From Amoebophrya sp. A120 (lineage: Eukaryota; Protista; Dinoflagellata): DNA of 64,000 nucleotides. Positions 1 through 13,400 of this stretch are shown one piece after another. The notes beneath the pieces are model-generated. The model made no database searches. It was not told the origin of the DNA and saw only the letters and a program-made list of their open reading frames with translations. Location of the stretch: positions 2,698,226-2,762,225 of the forward strand of contig CAJINV010000002.1 of assembly GCA_905178155.1 (NCBI GenBank), given 5' to 3'. Each line of letters opens with the position of its first letter. Within the stretch, counting starts at the first letter, position 1. The translations under genes were made by a program, and so were the position numbers.

Positions 1-181
1 GACCAGCAATAGGAGCCCAGTTTGTGCTACGCGGGGAGGGCGTTTGTCATGCGGGATAGGCATCAGGAAGGCCTCTAAAAATATGTGATGCCAGATCATG
101 CATTACAGACATCCTGAGTCATGGAAGATATGCATGACAAACCTGGCAACCTTCCAGACCCAGACATTTTTACAGTTGATA
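1..181. mobile_element. Introner type A (partial)
   Basis: Right TIR ttccagacccagacatttttacagttgata. Confidence 0.85.
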
Positions 182-996
182 GATGGGCCAAGTCCCTCCG
201 GCCTTTCTCGTTGGCCGGAACCGGGGTACTGCAGCTCATACGGCCCCGAACGTCATTCCTGTTGTACAACCGGGAGCAAATGGTGCTGCAGGTGGTCCCC
301 CAGGGGGGATGTACTTGATGCAAGCCCCGATTCCGGTCCAGATTAACCCGAACACCGGGAGCTTGCGGTACAATCAAAATGCTAATTTGAATTCCCGGGG
401 ACCAGCACCTGGACCACACAACCATAACAACAACCAGCAGCGACTAGGCCGTCCCCACTCCGCTCCCATGGTGACGATTATGGAGCAGTCGCAGCCGATC
501 GGGAACACCAACAATGCGATGAATCCTCAACCACAATCCGCTATCAAATGCAAAAATGTCTGGGTCTGGAAGAATGCAAGATTTGTCATGCATATTTCTC
601 ATGACACATGATGCCTGTAACTAATGCTTGACCTAGCATCGTAGACTTTTGGAGGACTTCCTGATGCACCTTCCGCATGAGAAATGCCCTGTTGTTCGTG
701 TAGCAAAAACTGCACTACCCCTCTTGCTGGTCATGCAATATAATTTTTTTTACACTCCAAAAACAGCATGACAAGTTGCAATCTTCCAGACCCAGACATT
801 TTTGCAGTTGATATCCGCTGCGGTGCAGCAAGTCCAGATTGATTTGCAGAAAGACAGTGAACTGATCATCGCCGAGGCGATCGAGTTGGCGCGGAAACAA
901 AAGCAAAATTTGATCGTCATCACGGGGGAAGACACGCGGGTGGAAGTGGCGCCGGCAGACGCGGAAGAAGTTTTACCTGCGCTGCGGGCGGCGTGA
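182..996 (+). CDS. 3' end of hypothetical protein (exons 182-541 and 814-996; 5' part outside window)
   Basis: Removing introner 542-813 plus one TCCGC joins ...PQPQSA to AVQQVQIDLQKD...ALRAA* in frame. Confidence 0.7.
542..813. mobile_element. Introner type A
   Basis: TIR tatcaaatgcaaaaatgtctgggtctggaa; DR tccgc. Confidence 0.92.
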
Positions 997-1639
997 AAAG
1001 AGGGGGTTTAGTACAATGCCTCGCCATTGGCATTGCCCAACATGAATGGTTCCTGTCGAAGGCGAAAGTACAAAAAGGGATTGACTTCTTGTTGTTTTCA
1101 GAAAGTGTAGAAGAACACTGAGTGTCTGTAGTTACCATCGAATCCATCTACCTGAAACGTTTCTATGTTTACGTTTTCATCCCAGCTTTCTTTTTCATTT
1201 TCATTGCATGTGCACATGCTTTTAAGTACTTAGTCTCTCTCTCTCTCTTCGTAGTTCAGGCTACAGCACATAGACTGCTCTATTTCTACCCGGCGCCGCA
1301 AAGGTGCTTGGTCATTTTTTTAATTCTAGAAAGACATAGAAGGTAGTATTCGCAAAGACATCAAGATCAAAGTGACCAATTCTTCGACTACTCAGTACAA
1401 GGAACAATGCGGACTTTGTTGTCTTGAGATGCTCGAGTCCTATCATGAGAACCGCTTTTGATCAGATGCGGAATAATACTACAGGACGGTGTCATGAGCG
1501 ATGAATTCACTGCATAAAAAAGTAGAAAAAACCTCTCTGTTTCTTTTTTTCTGGGTTTGCGTCGGAAATAAAAACCCTGCGTCGTGGTCGTGTTCTTCAA
1601 TGTGCACATCTGGTTCACCAGTGTGTAAGAGCGGAGGGC

Positions 1640-1718
1640 GCAAAGTAACTTTCCAGCTGGCGGCTGCCCCTGCATCCAACCAAAGCAACTTTCCAGCTGG
1701 CGGCTGCTCCTGCAGCCC
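1640..1718. repeat. Tandem duplication, 2 x ~40 bp
   Basis: caaagtaactttccagctggcggctgcccctgca / caaagcaactttccagctggcggctgctcctgca. Confidence 0.8.
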
Positions 1719-3099
1719 CGTTGGAGTTCAGCGCACTGGTGCCCCCTGTGGCTACCCGCGAGCGCCAACACGAATAGCCGACGGATGAAGAAAGGCGCAT
1801 CCTTCCGAAAACGCTGGCCCGCACAGTAATCCCCTCCCGCATTGTCCAAGCGCGCTACGAAATGGGGAAAGGCAACGGGAAAAAAAGGCAAGCGAGCCGG
1901 CCCCGCGTCGCCATCTGCTCGGCAATGTGGACGCGGCCGGCCTCTGGCGCCTTTTTGTCCCTGCTTTCGGTGTGGCCATTTCGGGCAGCTTTGGCGCGGC
2001 GCGGTTCGCCCGCGTCGCCAGCTGCCGGCCCCCCCATTAGCCCTGCACCCGTATGGCGAGCGCGACCTTCCCGGAACGGAGGGCGCGCAGCCACCGGCCC
2101 GGGAAAGGGACAGCAAGAAGGTAGACGCGTGGACGTGGGCCCGCGTCCGCATCCCCTTCGGGCCCCCCGTGCCCTTCGGCCGGGCCATCCGTTGTTGGGC
2201 CCGGCCGCACACCAAGGAACCCTGCCCAACAGCTCCCCTAGAGATTTCCCAAAGAGATTAGATTTTTTCTTTTGCAGCGTCAGCGCGCAGGGCCGGCGCT
2301 GCCCGGAAGCGGTCGGGCGCACTTCTGGAAGACGTACGCTTTGCCGCAGAACACCGGGCGGCGCCCAGTGGGGAACGGGACAAGGAAGAAGAGGGCAGCC
2401 GCTTGGTGATAGCAGGGGCGCGCCCGCGGGTTGTCTGTTCGACGCGGGGGGGCCCACTGCGCCGGGCGGCCCTGGAGGAAGTTCCGCCGCCTTGTAGGCC
2501 GAAGCAAGCGGTGGAGGTGGCGCGCGAAATGCAACGCGACGAGGCCAGCGCGCGGGGGGCGATCCAGCTCGCCCGGCGGTGTGGAGGGTTGTCTCGAAGC
2601 CGTGGCCAAAGCCACAGACTTCGCCCGACTGGCGGCCGGAGTACGCCTTGTACCACGAAGGGGGAAAAAGAAAAGAGCATGGCTTGGCGCTCAAGTTCTT
2701 GCGCGAGGAACACTGGCGCGCGGGTGGGGCGCGGCGGCGGCCGACTGCGAAAAGGCTGGCGCTTCAGGAAGAACGCAAGAAGCACGCCGCGCGGGGTCTG
2801 GTGCGGGCTGGGGATTGCAAACCGAGCTAAAGGATGCGAGAAAGCTAGCGGCGCCCTACCTCTGGGCTCCTATGCTAGCTCGTTGGCCCCGGGCGGCGTT
2901 GTGAACCGTCGGCGGCCAATTTGGCGACGTTGCTCGGCCGCGCCCCCGCCTACTTTCGCGGGCGCCCGGGCCCGCCGGCCCGCCGATGGGCCGGGCGCTC
3001 GGGTCCATAGTGTTCCCGGGCCTGCTCCACCTCCAGCAGGTGTGTGCGCCGGTGTCACTTTCGTGCCTGCGAAGCCTGTGCCTCGCGCGATGGATTTGG

Positions 3100-3694
3100 C
3101 TTTGGTCTTGTGTGGCGCCCGAACCAAAGTCAGAGACCTGTCGGCAGCCCGCCCCGTTCGTTCGTTGACGTGACTGATGCCCGCACTTGTTGGCCCTCGC
3201 CGTGTCCGGACCGGCCGGCGGAGCTGTGCTTACAGCCATACTGCAGCGACGCTCCGTCTGTCTCGCAAGAGATGACAAGACGCCTTGTAACCTGGCCATG
3301 CCACTAGGATCGAAATCGAGACTCCAAGTTACTAGAAGGACTGGCAAAAGCCGTATAGTAAATCACCTATTAGCTGTGGGTTGCTGTGCTGGTCGAAATG
3401 AAATACGAGGTTCTCTTCACACCAAGATCAAGAGCGTCTCCGAGAGAACACATGTTTCTTTGATGGGGTAAAAATACAACTTCGGTTGGGGTGACGTGAA
3501 AGAACGTAAATGTACTTCTCCTGCTGTCGCAGTTGTCACTGGTAGACGACTTGCGCGACGTTCCGAGTCTCACAGTCAATGAGTTGTTATGTTGGCGTTT
3601 ATAAAACAAGCTTGACGACGTCATGAGCAGCAGCGAAGCCAGATTACTATTTCGGGATAAGTATTCATTGCACTTTAAGTTTAAATTACTCACT
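3100..3694. repeat. Diverged direct repeat, copy 1 (copy 2 at ~4512-5104)
   Basis: Colinear similarity from ttggtcttgtgtggcgccc to aaattactcact; patchy homology extends further left. Confidence 0.85.
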
Positions 3695-4511
3695 CATCAT
3701 CATACATCAGGTACAGTGTTGAGGGAGTTGGTTTGAGAGAGGGTACGCGCGCGAGTCACGTCTAGAGGGAAGTCAACATCTTTGAGGCAAAGAGACCTAG
3801 AAAGAGACGGTAAGAGGAAAGCGAGAGCCCTGGATGTTTCTTTGCATTATTTCTAATGGAGCCATAATAGAGACGCCATCTCCGCCCGTCGAAGTGGCGG
3901 AGGCTGCGCTGCCGCGGGGCGCCGTCTTGGCAACCGCGCGCCAGATGTGTTGCGCTCGTGCCATGTAGTGGCTTGGTTGGGTGCCCCCTGGCTCTCGCCA
4001 GCCACGAGCGAGAAAGCCAGCGGCGCGGGGCCCTGGCGAAGGCTGGCCGGCGATCGGGTACAGTGCCAGAGCCTCAGCAGGGCCGGCGCTGGGGCCGGTG
4101 GGTGCTGCGAATACCAGCAGGAACCGTTCAGACGCGCCACGCCAGCAGCGTCACGGCGCGGAAAGGGCCCGCGGCATCCTCCGACCTCAAAACCGCCGCC
4201 AGTCCTCGATCGCAAGAGTGGAGCAGCTCCCGCGTGTGGCGATTTTGGGTCGGGCGGGCGCGGCGTGGTTCGTTCGCCCGCGCCGCTTCGTTTGGTTGTG
4301 CCCCACCTAGTAGCCCCGCGGGGGCGGGCGGGGGACGGTCGGGCGTCTTGTGCGCCCTTGCCGGGGTTTCCGCCGGGGGGCCCGGTCGGCCGCCCACCAA
4401 GGAGCATACAGAGCGGCGCGCGCTGCCCTGGCGGTGTTGTGCAGTCATGGGGGCGATGTTGCTCGTTTGCGCCCCCGCCTGCCGGCGTTTGCGCCGGCCC
4501 TTGGGTTTCGG

Positions 4512-5104
4512 TTTGGTCTTGTGTGGCGCCCGGACCAAACTCAGAGATCTGCCGCCAGCCCGTCACGTTCGTTAACGTGACTGACATCTGCACGCGTTGC
4601 CCTTCGCCACGATATCTGGACCGGCCTGCGGAGCTGTGCTTACAGCCATGCTGCAGCGACGCTCCGTCTGTCTCGCAAGAGTCGCAAGAGATGAAAAGAT
4701 GCCTTGTAACCTTGCCATGCCAGTAGGATCGAAATCGAGACTCCAAGTTACTAGGACTGGCAAAAGCCGCAGAGTAAATCACCTGTTGGCTGTGGGCTCT
4801 TGCTGTTGTCAAATGAAATACGAAGTTCATCTCACACCAAGTTCAAGAGCGTCTCTGAGAGAACACATGTTCTTTGATGGGGGAAAAATACAACTTCGGT
4901 TGGGGTGACGTGAACGTAAATGTACTTCTCCTGCTGTCACAGTTGTCAGTGGTAGACGACTTGCGCGACGTTCCGAGTCTTACAATCAATGAGGTGACAT
5001 GGCGTTTATAAAACACGCTTGACGTCGTCATGAGCAGCAGCGAAGCCAGTTTGGTATTTGGGGATATCCATATTCATTGCACTTTAAGTTTTTAAATTAC
5101 TCAC
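4512..5104. repeat. Diverged direct repeat, copy 2
   Basis: Matches 3100-3694. Confidence 0.85.
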
Positions 5105-5202
5105 TTTCTTCACAACTACCTTATCGTACTCAGACCAAGCTGACTTTAGAGCAACTCCATCGTATGTATTAGTATTGATTTTGATTCCCGCTACCTCCCG
5201 CG

Positions 5203-8200
5203 ATGGCGATCACAATGACGGACCGCAGCGCGAGAGAAACTTCCTCCACCTCTACCGTAACCACCACAGTCGTCCCCACTTCTACTGCCCAAGAGGACGA
5301 GAGGACGAGGAACAAAAAAGAAAGCCAAAAAACCACAGCCGACTACGACAAACTCGTGCACCAACTCACCCCCCATCCACTTGCGGAGAAGCTCAAGTTC
5401 GCGATCGGTTGCTCCCAACTCGCGGTCTTCGGCTGGTACACCGCTATCAACATCGCGGTTACCATACGAATTGCAAAAGCATCGTACTCGTATATTAAAT
5501 GCATTACAAATTTCCCCTCAGCATGAAAAATGAAAGTTGTGATGCTGATTTGCCTTAAGAGAGAGATTTGTAATGCATGATTGCAATTACTACGAGTGCG
5601 ATACTTTTGCACAGGATATGCCACGTTCGCCGAATACTGCGACAAGAAGCTGTTCAAATCCGATTTGGTCGGGAAAATCGGGCACCATGCCAACACGACG
5701 TTCGGGTCAAAGTCCCGCATCAGCAGGCGGTTTGTTCGCTACCCCGACGAGGACAGCTTCATGGTCCCGACCTTTTTCTGGCTGGGGTTCGTTATGAAGT
5801 GCAAAAGTATGGTACTAGTATCTATAAATTGCATTACAAATTGGCTCAGCATTACAAATCAAATTTGTCATGCTGATTTACCTTGAGAAAGAGATTTGTA
5901 ATGCATAAATGCAATTACTACGAGTGCGACACTTTTGCAGTGGATATTCGTGTTACCGGCCTGGTTTTTCTACGAGCTGTGGTTGACCTACACGACGGAA
6001 ATGGTCTACCCCTTTCGAATCTTCATCTACAACGTATTGTGAGGAAAAATCCCCCCTCCCCATTTCGAAATGGAAATTTGTGATGCTGATTTGTGACCAC
6101 AAATCCGCTCTGTCTTCGCCTATAAGGCTAATGGGAGCTGTTTGGCGCATTCCACAGCCAATCTGTGATGCGCTTTTGTATACTGTAAAGGTGTCTGCCA
6201 TGCCTAACTGCTAGCCTGTTGCATACCGAATCAGGCGTAAGAAGTGCCTCCAAGCACCTTCTGCAATACAGCGGTGATTTGCGTACAGAAATCCAGCAAT
6301 AGAAACTTCCTTTTTTCTATGGGGTGGGAGCTTTTTTCGCTTTGATACAACGCCGTTCGCCTCGGTCCCATGTACTGCAACTTTATGTACGTGTACGTTT
6401 TGGCGCACAAGGAGGGATATGAACTGCAAAAGTATCGTACTCGTATAAATGCAGCACAAATTTCCTCAGCATGAGAGAGAAAATCTGTAGTGCGGATTTA
6501 CCTTAAGAAAAAGATTTGTAATGCATGAGTGCAATACGATTGCGAGTGCGATACTTTTGCACAGAATAAGGGACACTTGAACGGGAATCTGCTGAATTTG
6601 AAGTTTTCCATTCCGATTTTGAATCCCTTTTCCACATCATCGAATAAAGCCAGTAGCAAAAAGGAGATCAATTTCCAGTTCCCGTTATGAACTGCAAAAG
6701 TATCGTACTCGTATAAATGCAATACAAATTTCCTCAGCATGAGAAATAAAATTTGTCATGCGGATTTACCTCAAAAAAATTTGTAATGCATGACTGCAAT
6801 TAGAATTACTATTACATTACTACGACTACTTTTGCACAGGATGCCCGTTCAACCACTGGGTCGGAATGTTTCACGGCGTCGTCCCGTATCGGATGCAAAC
6901 ATGTCTGGGTCTGGAAACTTGTAATGCTGAGCTGGGACGAGTAGTGAACTCTCTGTAATGCACAGGCAAGCATGAGAAGTATTTGCGCTGCTTAGTGTAC
7001 GTAGTTGCGGTTTCCGCATGACAAACTGCGCTTTGCATGACAAGCAAGAGCGTCTCTTCATGGACGCGCATCACAAACTCTTCAGTCATGCCAGACAAGC
7101 ATGACACACCTTGCATCCTTCCAGACCCAGACATATTTGCATTTGATATCTCGGGGACTTTCACAATTTCCCACATCTTCAACCACCACCGACACGAAAA
7201 CAGTTTATCGAAGAAAAAAACTGTGTAAGTGTATACTTTGTGTTGCAGACGATGCAAGACCAAGACACTTACGCCTGTCATGCTGGACATGCATCAGAGG
7301 CTCTTTTCCTACGTGTTTTCACGTACTAGCTACGCATAACAGGTTTTCTGTGTCATGCAGAGCAAACTTGTGATGCTTTTCCTCCAAGAAAGTTGCACTT
7401 ACACAGTTTTTTTCTTGCATACAGCTACCAGGACGTGTATTGCACGGCGTACCGGCCGCGGGACTCCTTCAAGAACTTCGTCAAGTACCTGCCCTTATGC
7501 ATTGCAAATATGTCTGGGTCTGGGAGAGTGCAGAAGTTTGTCATGCAGATTTCCCATGGCCCATGTAGTCTGTGATGCATGCCCGAGCGTCAGAGATTGT
7601 GTGAGGGCGTTCCGATGCTCATACCGCATGAGAAATGCCCTCTCCGCGTAGCAAAAATTGCGCCTCTTTTGCTATTCATGCAACACAGATTTTATGTAGA
7701 GTCCAAAGGTAGCATCACAAGTTGCATCCTTCCAGACATCCAGGGATATTTGCATTTGATAGCCCTCCTGGTTCTGCTACTCGTCGAATTTATCGACCAT
7801 TTGGTTCTTCTTAACCGCGGAGAACAAGAAGGAGCGGAAGCAGAAAAAAGCTTTTGAACTCATCTTCTGGACAACGTACTACTTCCTCTTCATCCTAGCG
7901 TGCTTCAGCTTATCGAAATCAACCGCGATTTTTACCTCTGCAACCTTAATTTTCGCGTTCTTCGAGGCGAATATTTTGCTCGCGATGGTGAACTGGGTCT
8001 GGCACGGGTTTATCGATGAGGAGGATCCGACAAATGCCTACGTGTATCAAATGCAAAAGTGTCTGGGTCTGGAAGAGTGCATGTTTGTCATGCTTGTCCG
8101 GCATGACTCTCAAATCTGTCATGCGCGTTACCCAAGCGCGCCATTTTTCTGTCATGCAGAGACGTAGTTTGTCATGCAGAATAGGCAACACCTAGAGGCT

Positions 8201-9040
8201 CAGAAACTTCTCATGCTGAGCCAGCACTTGCGGCCTTCTCATGATACCCCACCCAGCATCACAAGTTTCCAGACCCAGACACTTTTGCACTTGATAACGT
8301 GAACAGCACTACAATTGTGGACGGGCTGAACTTCACGTTGAAGGAAGAGTATCACGTGGTGCACCACCAGTACCTATGAAATGGAAATATGTAGTCTGGG
8401 TCTGGAAGAATGCAAGATTTGTGATGCAGGTTTTCCATGACCCATGAGGCTTGGCATGCAGCACCTCGCATGACAGATGCTGTGAGGTGTCTATCATGCC
8501 TATCCTGCATGAGAAACTTCCTGTCAACCTGGTCAAAGGCGGACATCTTTTGGTAATCATGCAACACAAATGTTTGCATGATCCAGACTCAGCATGACAA
8601 GTCTTGCATTCTTCCAGACATCCAGGGATATTTGCAATGCATAGTACCCCGGGATCCACTGGTCCAAGCACGAGCAGATGTACGAGAAGCATGAGAAAGA
8701 GTACAAGGAGAAGTGTGGTGGGAATAAAACACAAAAACCGGCAACAACTCCGGCAGAGAAGGAACAGGAGTTGAAGCAAATTATCGAGAATAACCCGAAC
8801 AAAAGGATTATCGCCACCGGGTTTCACAACCAAAATCTCTTCGAAATCTTCGGGATGATGGTCGGGCAGGAGTATGGGAAATTGGCGGATTTGTTCTACC
8901 AGCCCTTCAACAAGCAGGACTTGTCGCGGGACGAAATTGCGGAGTTGTTGAAGAGAAGGTTACAGTACCACGGACCGGAGGTGGCACTGCGGATCGGAGG
9001 GGTGGAAAGGAAGGACTTTTTGAACAAGAAGGGGGAATGA
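5203..9040 (+). CDS. Membrane fatty-acid desaturase-like protein (His-box family), 11 exons, 10 introners
   Basis: Spliced product has three His boxes HKEGH, HIFNHH, HVVHH plus hydrophobic segments; frame restored at all 10 introners. Confidence 0.85.
5465..5618. mobile_element. Introner type B
   Basis: TIR ..tgcaaaagYatcgYactcgta; DR tacca/tgcca. Confidence 0.88.
5793..5946. mobile_element. Introner type B
   Basis: DR ttcgt. Confidence 0.9.
6035..6347. mobile_element. Introner type C
   Basis: TIR ..ggaaaaatcccccctcccca; DR caacg. Confidence 0.9.
6418..6568. mobile_element. Introner type B
   Basis: DR aggga; splits the HKEGH box. Confidence 0.9.
6686..6843. mobile_element. Introner type B
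   Basis: DR cccgt; ends ATG. Confidence 0.88.
6887..7148. mobile_element. Introner type A
   Basis: DR tcccg/tctcg. Confidence 0.9.
7206..7421. mobile_element. Introner type D
   Basis: TIR ..aagaaaaaaactgtgtaagtg; DR cagtt/cagct. Confidence 0.9.
7496..7761. mobile_element. Introner type A
   Basis: DR gccct. Confidence 0.9.
8045..8296. mobile_element. Introner type A
   Basis: DR acgtg. Confidence 0.92.
8375..8643. mobile_element. Introner type A
   Basis: DR gtacc. Confidence 0.9.
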
Positions 9041-10492
9041 TAGATCAGTAGAGGGATTTGTGTTGCTAGTGTTGCTAATGATCTTACGTTATTCTCGCTG
9101 CCCGGTTAACATACTGAGGCAGGGGCAGCACCACCACTTGAAGTTATGCAATTTTGTGAAGTTGTTGTCCAACATGTTCAACGAAACACTAAGGCCAAGC
9201 GCGTGCTGCGCATCAACCCAAACTACCAAAATGCGCAGAAATCTTGAAAGGACCGAGTTCTTTGCTTTCTCTACTGTTATCTACTAACCAAGGCGACACT
9301 TCTTCAACCACGTTGAACATAATTTTCCATCTCGGCAGCGGCATTTGGACCTGCGACAGATTAACTCCATCTTCTGGCAGTTGGTCTTCAAGCCGCGCTG
9401 AGTCAGCTACCTTATGCTTATTTGAGGAAATGATCGCTTTTACCCCGCAACTTGAACATTTGAAGATACCGTAAAGACACAACTTGATGTGGATGTCTAC
9501 TACTTACGCCAAACTTCTTAATCTTAACAACTCTAGCTACGTACGAAGTGATGCCAAAGAAACTACGTAGAGCACCAAAGGCTTTTTGCCACGACCCATT
9601 GTGCAGAGGGCTTTTTGAATTGACACTCATGATCTTCACAGGATTTGCACGACGGAAACTAGTCTACGAAGAACTATTGCCGTGCTTTTTGAGGGACAAG
9701 TACCAGTACGCCAAAAATCTTCCCCCGCAGTTGGAAAGGAAAACTGGAACGAAACCGGGCTTCTAATTTCAAGGTGAGATGAAACGTGAGTCATATTTAG
9801 GGGCTGTTTGATGGTTGTTGTGGTGTTCTCGGAGAACACGGTTTCGTGGCTGGCCGAAGCGGTGTTCTCGGCTTGGTGGTTGTTGTGGTTACGTCTCTTC
9901 ACCTTCCTGAAAAAACTTTAGTACCTACAAGTACTTGAGTGAAGGCATTAAATTAGAACTAGAAGTGATTGCGAAGTTTACTGCGTCCTCCCTTCGTGAT
10001 TTCAGGAGCTGCTTGTTGTAGTTCCCGCGGTTTTATTGTGAGTTGTGTTTTCGTGGTTTTCTGCCCGACCTTCTTGAGTCTGCAGTCTTGGTGCGCGGTC
10101 TTCACAGTAAGAACTGAGGGAAATTAGGACAGTCTCACGCGGCCATTGGCTCCTTCCATCGGATATTGATAAATATTACTAAACAAATGGGAGCCCGTCC
10201 CCGGACCCCTTGTTGAATCCGCAAAATGCTGTGGGTCGTGCTAATAATTCCGCAACTTTCTCGCGCTCGCTCTTTTTCTCTCGATAAGAATGTCCGTCGT
10301 GCCCTTCGTTTTTTTTGAGAAGATTCAAAGGGGGCGCGGGGGTCCGAAAGTTCAGGAATATTTAGTAGCATCCGATACAAGTTCTCCCACGATCTTGCTC
10401 CCTACCGCAATAATGTTCTTGCTGCGGCACAATTTTGAAACGTCGCGCGACATAGAGGTCGTTAACAAGTTTTCCGATTTGTAGATACCAAG

Positions 10493-13400
10493 ATGCCGTC
10501 CCCAACCAAAACTTACGGCCGCGCGCCGCCACCAGCGCACTTACCCACAGCCGGATCTTCCGAGCATGGCATGAACCTTTTTCAAAATAACTACCGCGTC
10601 TCTGGGCCTCCACCGATGTTCCCACCGGGGTCGTCTTCTGCTGGGAACGGATTGCGACCTTCTGGAGCTGGGTCTTCTGCTGTGGGCTCTGGTATTGGTC
10701 TTGGTATCGGAGTTGCGGCGCAAAACCGGTTTGCTGGTGGTGCTACAACCGGGCCTTCACCAGCGAAATTTCTTTACAATAGCAACCAGAACATTATTAA
10801 ACCGCAACAACCGCAACCACAACGGCAAAGTACCCAACCACCTATTACAACCACACAGCATGATCATGAAACTTGCAAAGAGCCTGAGCAAACGTCAGAA
10901 GAATTAAACGAGTTAGATATCACCCGTTCTCGATGCGGCTACCCGGTCGATTCTGCGGAAGATGAGACGCAGGTCGTGGAGAACAACAATAAGAATAACA
11001 ACAATCCGAGACGGCAATCCGTGACAAGTGTTACGATTTCCCCGGAAAAAGCAGCAATGCTTGCAGGAAGTAGCCAGGGATTACAACAACAAAACAAGCC
11101 ACAAGTGATCGTCTCTCCCGGCGGCACCGCGAGACGTGTTTCGCAAAGTGACAACCACTATCAAATGCAAATATGTCTGGATCTGGGAGACTGCGGGTTT
11201 TGTCATGCTAGTCTGACATGACTCAGAACTCTGTATTGCGTGGCCGCGAAGAGCTCCTCTTGGCTGTCATGCAGAAACGTAGTTTCTCATGCGGAGTACG
11301 CAACTCAGAAGCACTGAAAAATTTGTCATGCTTGGCAGCGCATTACAGTGTGCTCACTATTCCCTTCCTTGCATGACAGGTTTCCAGACATCCAGGGATA
11401 TTTGCATTCCATAACCACCAGTCCATGCCACCGGCCTTGCCAAGTTTCAGGAGTCATTTTCAACTGTTCGGAGGATATCAAATGTAAAAATGTCTGGGTC
11501 TGGAAGAATGCAAGATTTGTGATGCAGGTTTTCCATGACCCATGAGGTCGGGAATGCGAGACCCAGCATGACAGATTTCTTGAGGTCTCTATCATGCCTT
11601 TCCTGCATGAGAAACTCCCCCTCAAGTTGGTCAAAAGCGGACAGCTTTTGGTACTCACGCAACACAGATTTTTGCATCATTGAGATTTAGCATGACAAGT
11701 TGTAACCTTCCAGACCCAGACATATTTGCATTTCATAGAGGAGCTTCTGGGACGAGCAATGTTGGCGCACCTCGTTCCGGGTTTAACAGCTTGAACTTCG
11801 CGGCTAATAATTTCCGAGGAAATAGTACCGGACTAGTACACGACTTTGGACACCTACCCGGATCTACTTCGGGTACGCACACCGTTCCCAAACCACAGCA
11901 GATGACGAGTCAACAAAATCCGGTTTCTAATTCCCCAACTACCTACGACGAGGATAACAGCAACACAAACCACTCCATGACTGTCCCACGACAGCACGAC
12001 TTTAATAATACTTTCCAAGGTATAAACCGGGATCAAACAAAAGACGCCGGCGCCGGGAGCAGCAGCGTCAGTGTCAGTCGCGGGATCGTTCTTGGCACCG
12101 GAACTGCTTGTGCTAGTAGTCTCGGAGGACCAAACTGTCCACAACAAGGAGCAAAAATTCTGGGGAACAACAGCAAATTTCAGTCTCGCTTTACCAGCCC
12201 GCAGCCGCAGTTCACTTTCGGGGGAGGGTTTGTGCCGCATCTCGGTGCAGCAGCAGGTGTAGCAGCAAGTTCATCCAGTGCGAAAAACTCCATGGTGGGG
12301 TCAAGTAGTGTCCGGAGTTTGTCCGTCGGGCCAAGGTTCGTGAACGACAAAACTTCTGCCACACAAGTAAATCCAGGAACAACTGCGCCGGCTATCGTGG
12401 TCGAAAATCCACCGCCAAATAACCCCCGATCAGGTTTCCAGTTCGGTAGTCGGGGGTTTGGTTTGAACCTGGTAAATTTCGGAACCACTAGCCCGGGACC
12501 ACAGAACAATGCGGTCTTCGATCCAAATTGCACCAGCTCTGGGATAGTACAGCAGCAAATAAATTCTTCCTCCAACCCGCCGCCAAAAAAACGGTCCAGT
12601 TTCACTCTGAATTTCCAGAACAGCTGGATCCGGAACATGAAAATCCCCACTGCAGCGGGTTGTGCAGGAGCAGCATCGTCCACCAACTCGAGGCTGCAAC
12701 TCAGACCGGACAGGGTCAGCCACGGGCCGTCCAGTCCGACGCAGGTGGTTTCCGCGACGATCGTACCGGCGGGCGGAGAAGTACTAACGCTCGCCCCAAT
12801 GTCGAAACAAACGTCTGCCGCGGAAGATTTCCTGCAATCGAAGGAAGAGCAGGAGATGAAAAAACAACATTTTTTACAGGCGACGAAATTAACCCGAGAG
12901 CAGGTCCTTGGCGGTTCATCATCCGGCGTGCAGACGAAGAAGAAGGTCATGAGCTCGAGTCCGAACAAAACGAGGAACGGAATTACGGCGAACGCTGGTA
13001 CTGCTAGAAGTACAAATGCGGCGAATCTGAAAGAAGTGGCGCGACAGAGGTTGGAGGAAAGAAGCAGCTCGCCGATCATTTCTTATCAAATGCAAAAATG
13101 TCTGGGTCTGGAAGAACTTGTGATGCTGCGCTTGGATGTCTAAAAAATTTGTGTTGCATGAGCAGCAAAAGGGATTGCTAAGCGGAGAGGGCATTTTCCA
13201 TGCGGAATAGGCATCAAGAGCCCCTTAAAAAAATTGTGATGCTAGGGCATGCATCACAGACATCATGGCTCCTGCAAACCGTGCATGACAAGTCTCAGAA
13301 CCTTCCAAACCCAGACATTTTTGCATTTGATATCTCGTCGCCTTTGACGATTGTGGAAACGTTAAATCCGGAATCCTTCGACAGCTTGAGACGGGATTAC

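Noticed and set aside
1388-4908. Many long overlapping ORFs
   Set aside because: High GC gives open frames on both strands; Arg/Gly/Pro-rich with no domain
9060-9766. Possible degraded gene
   Set aside because: Short ORFs with stops and no recognisable motif
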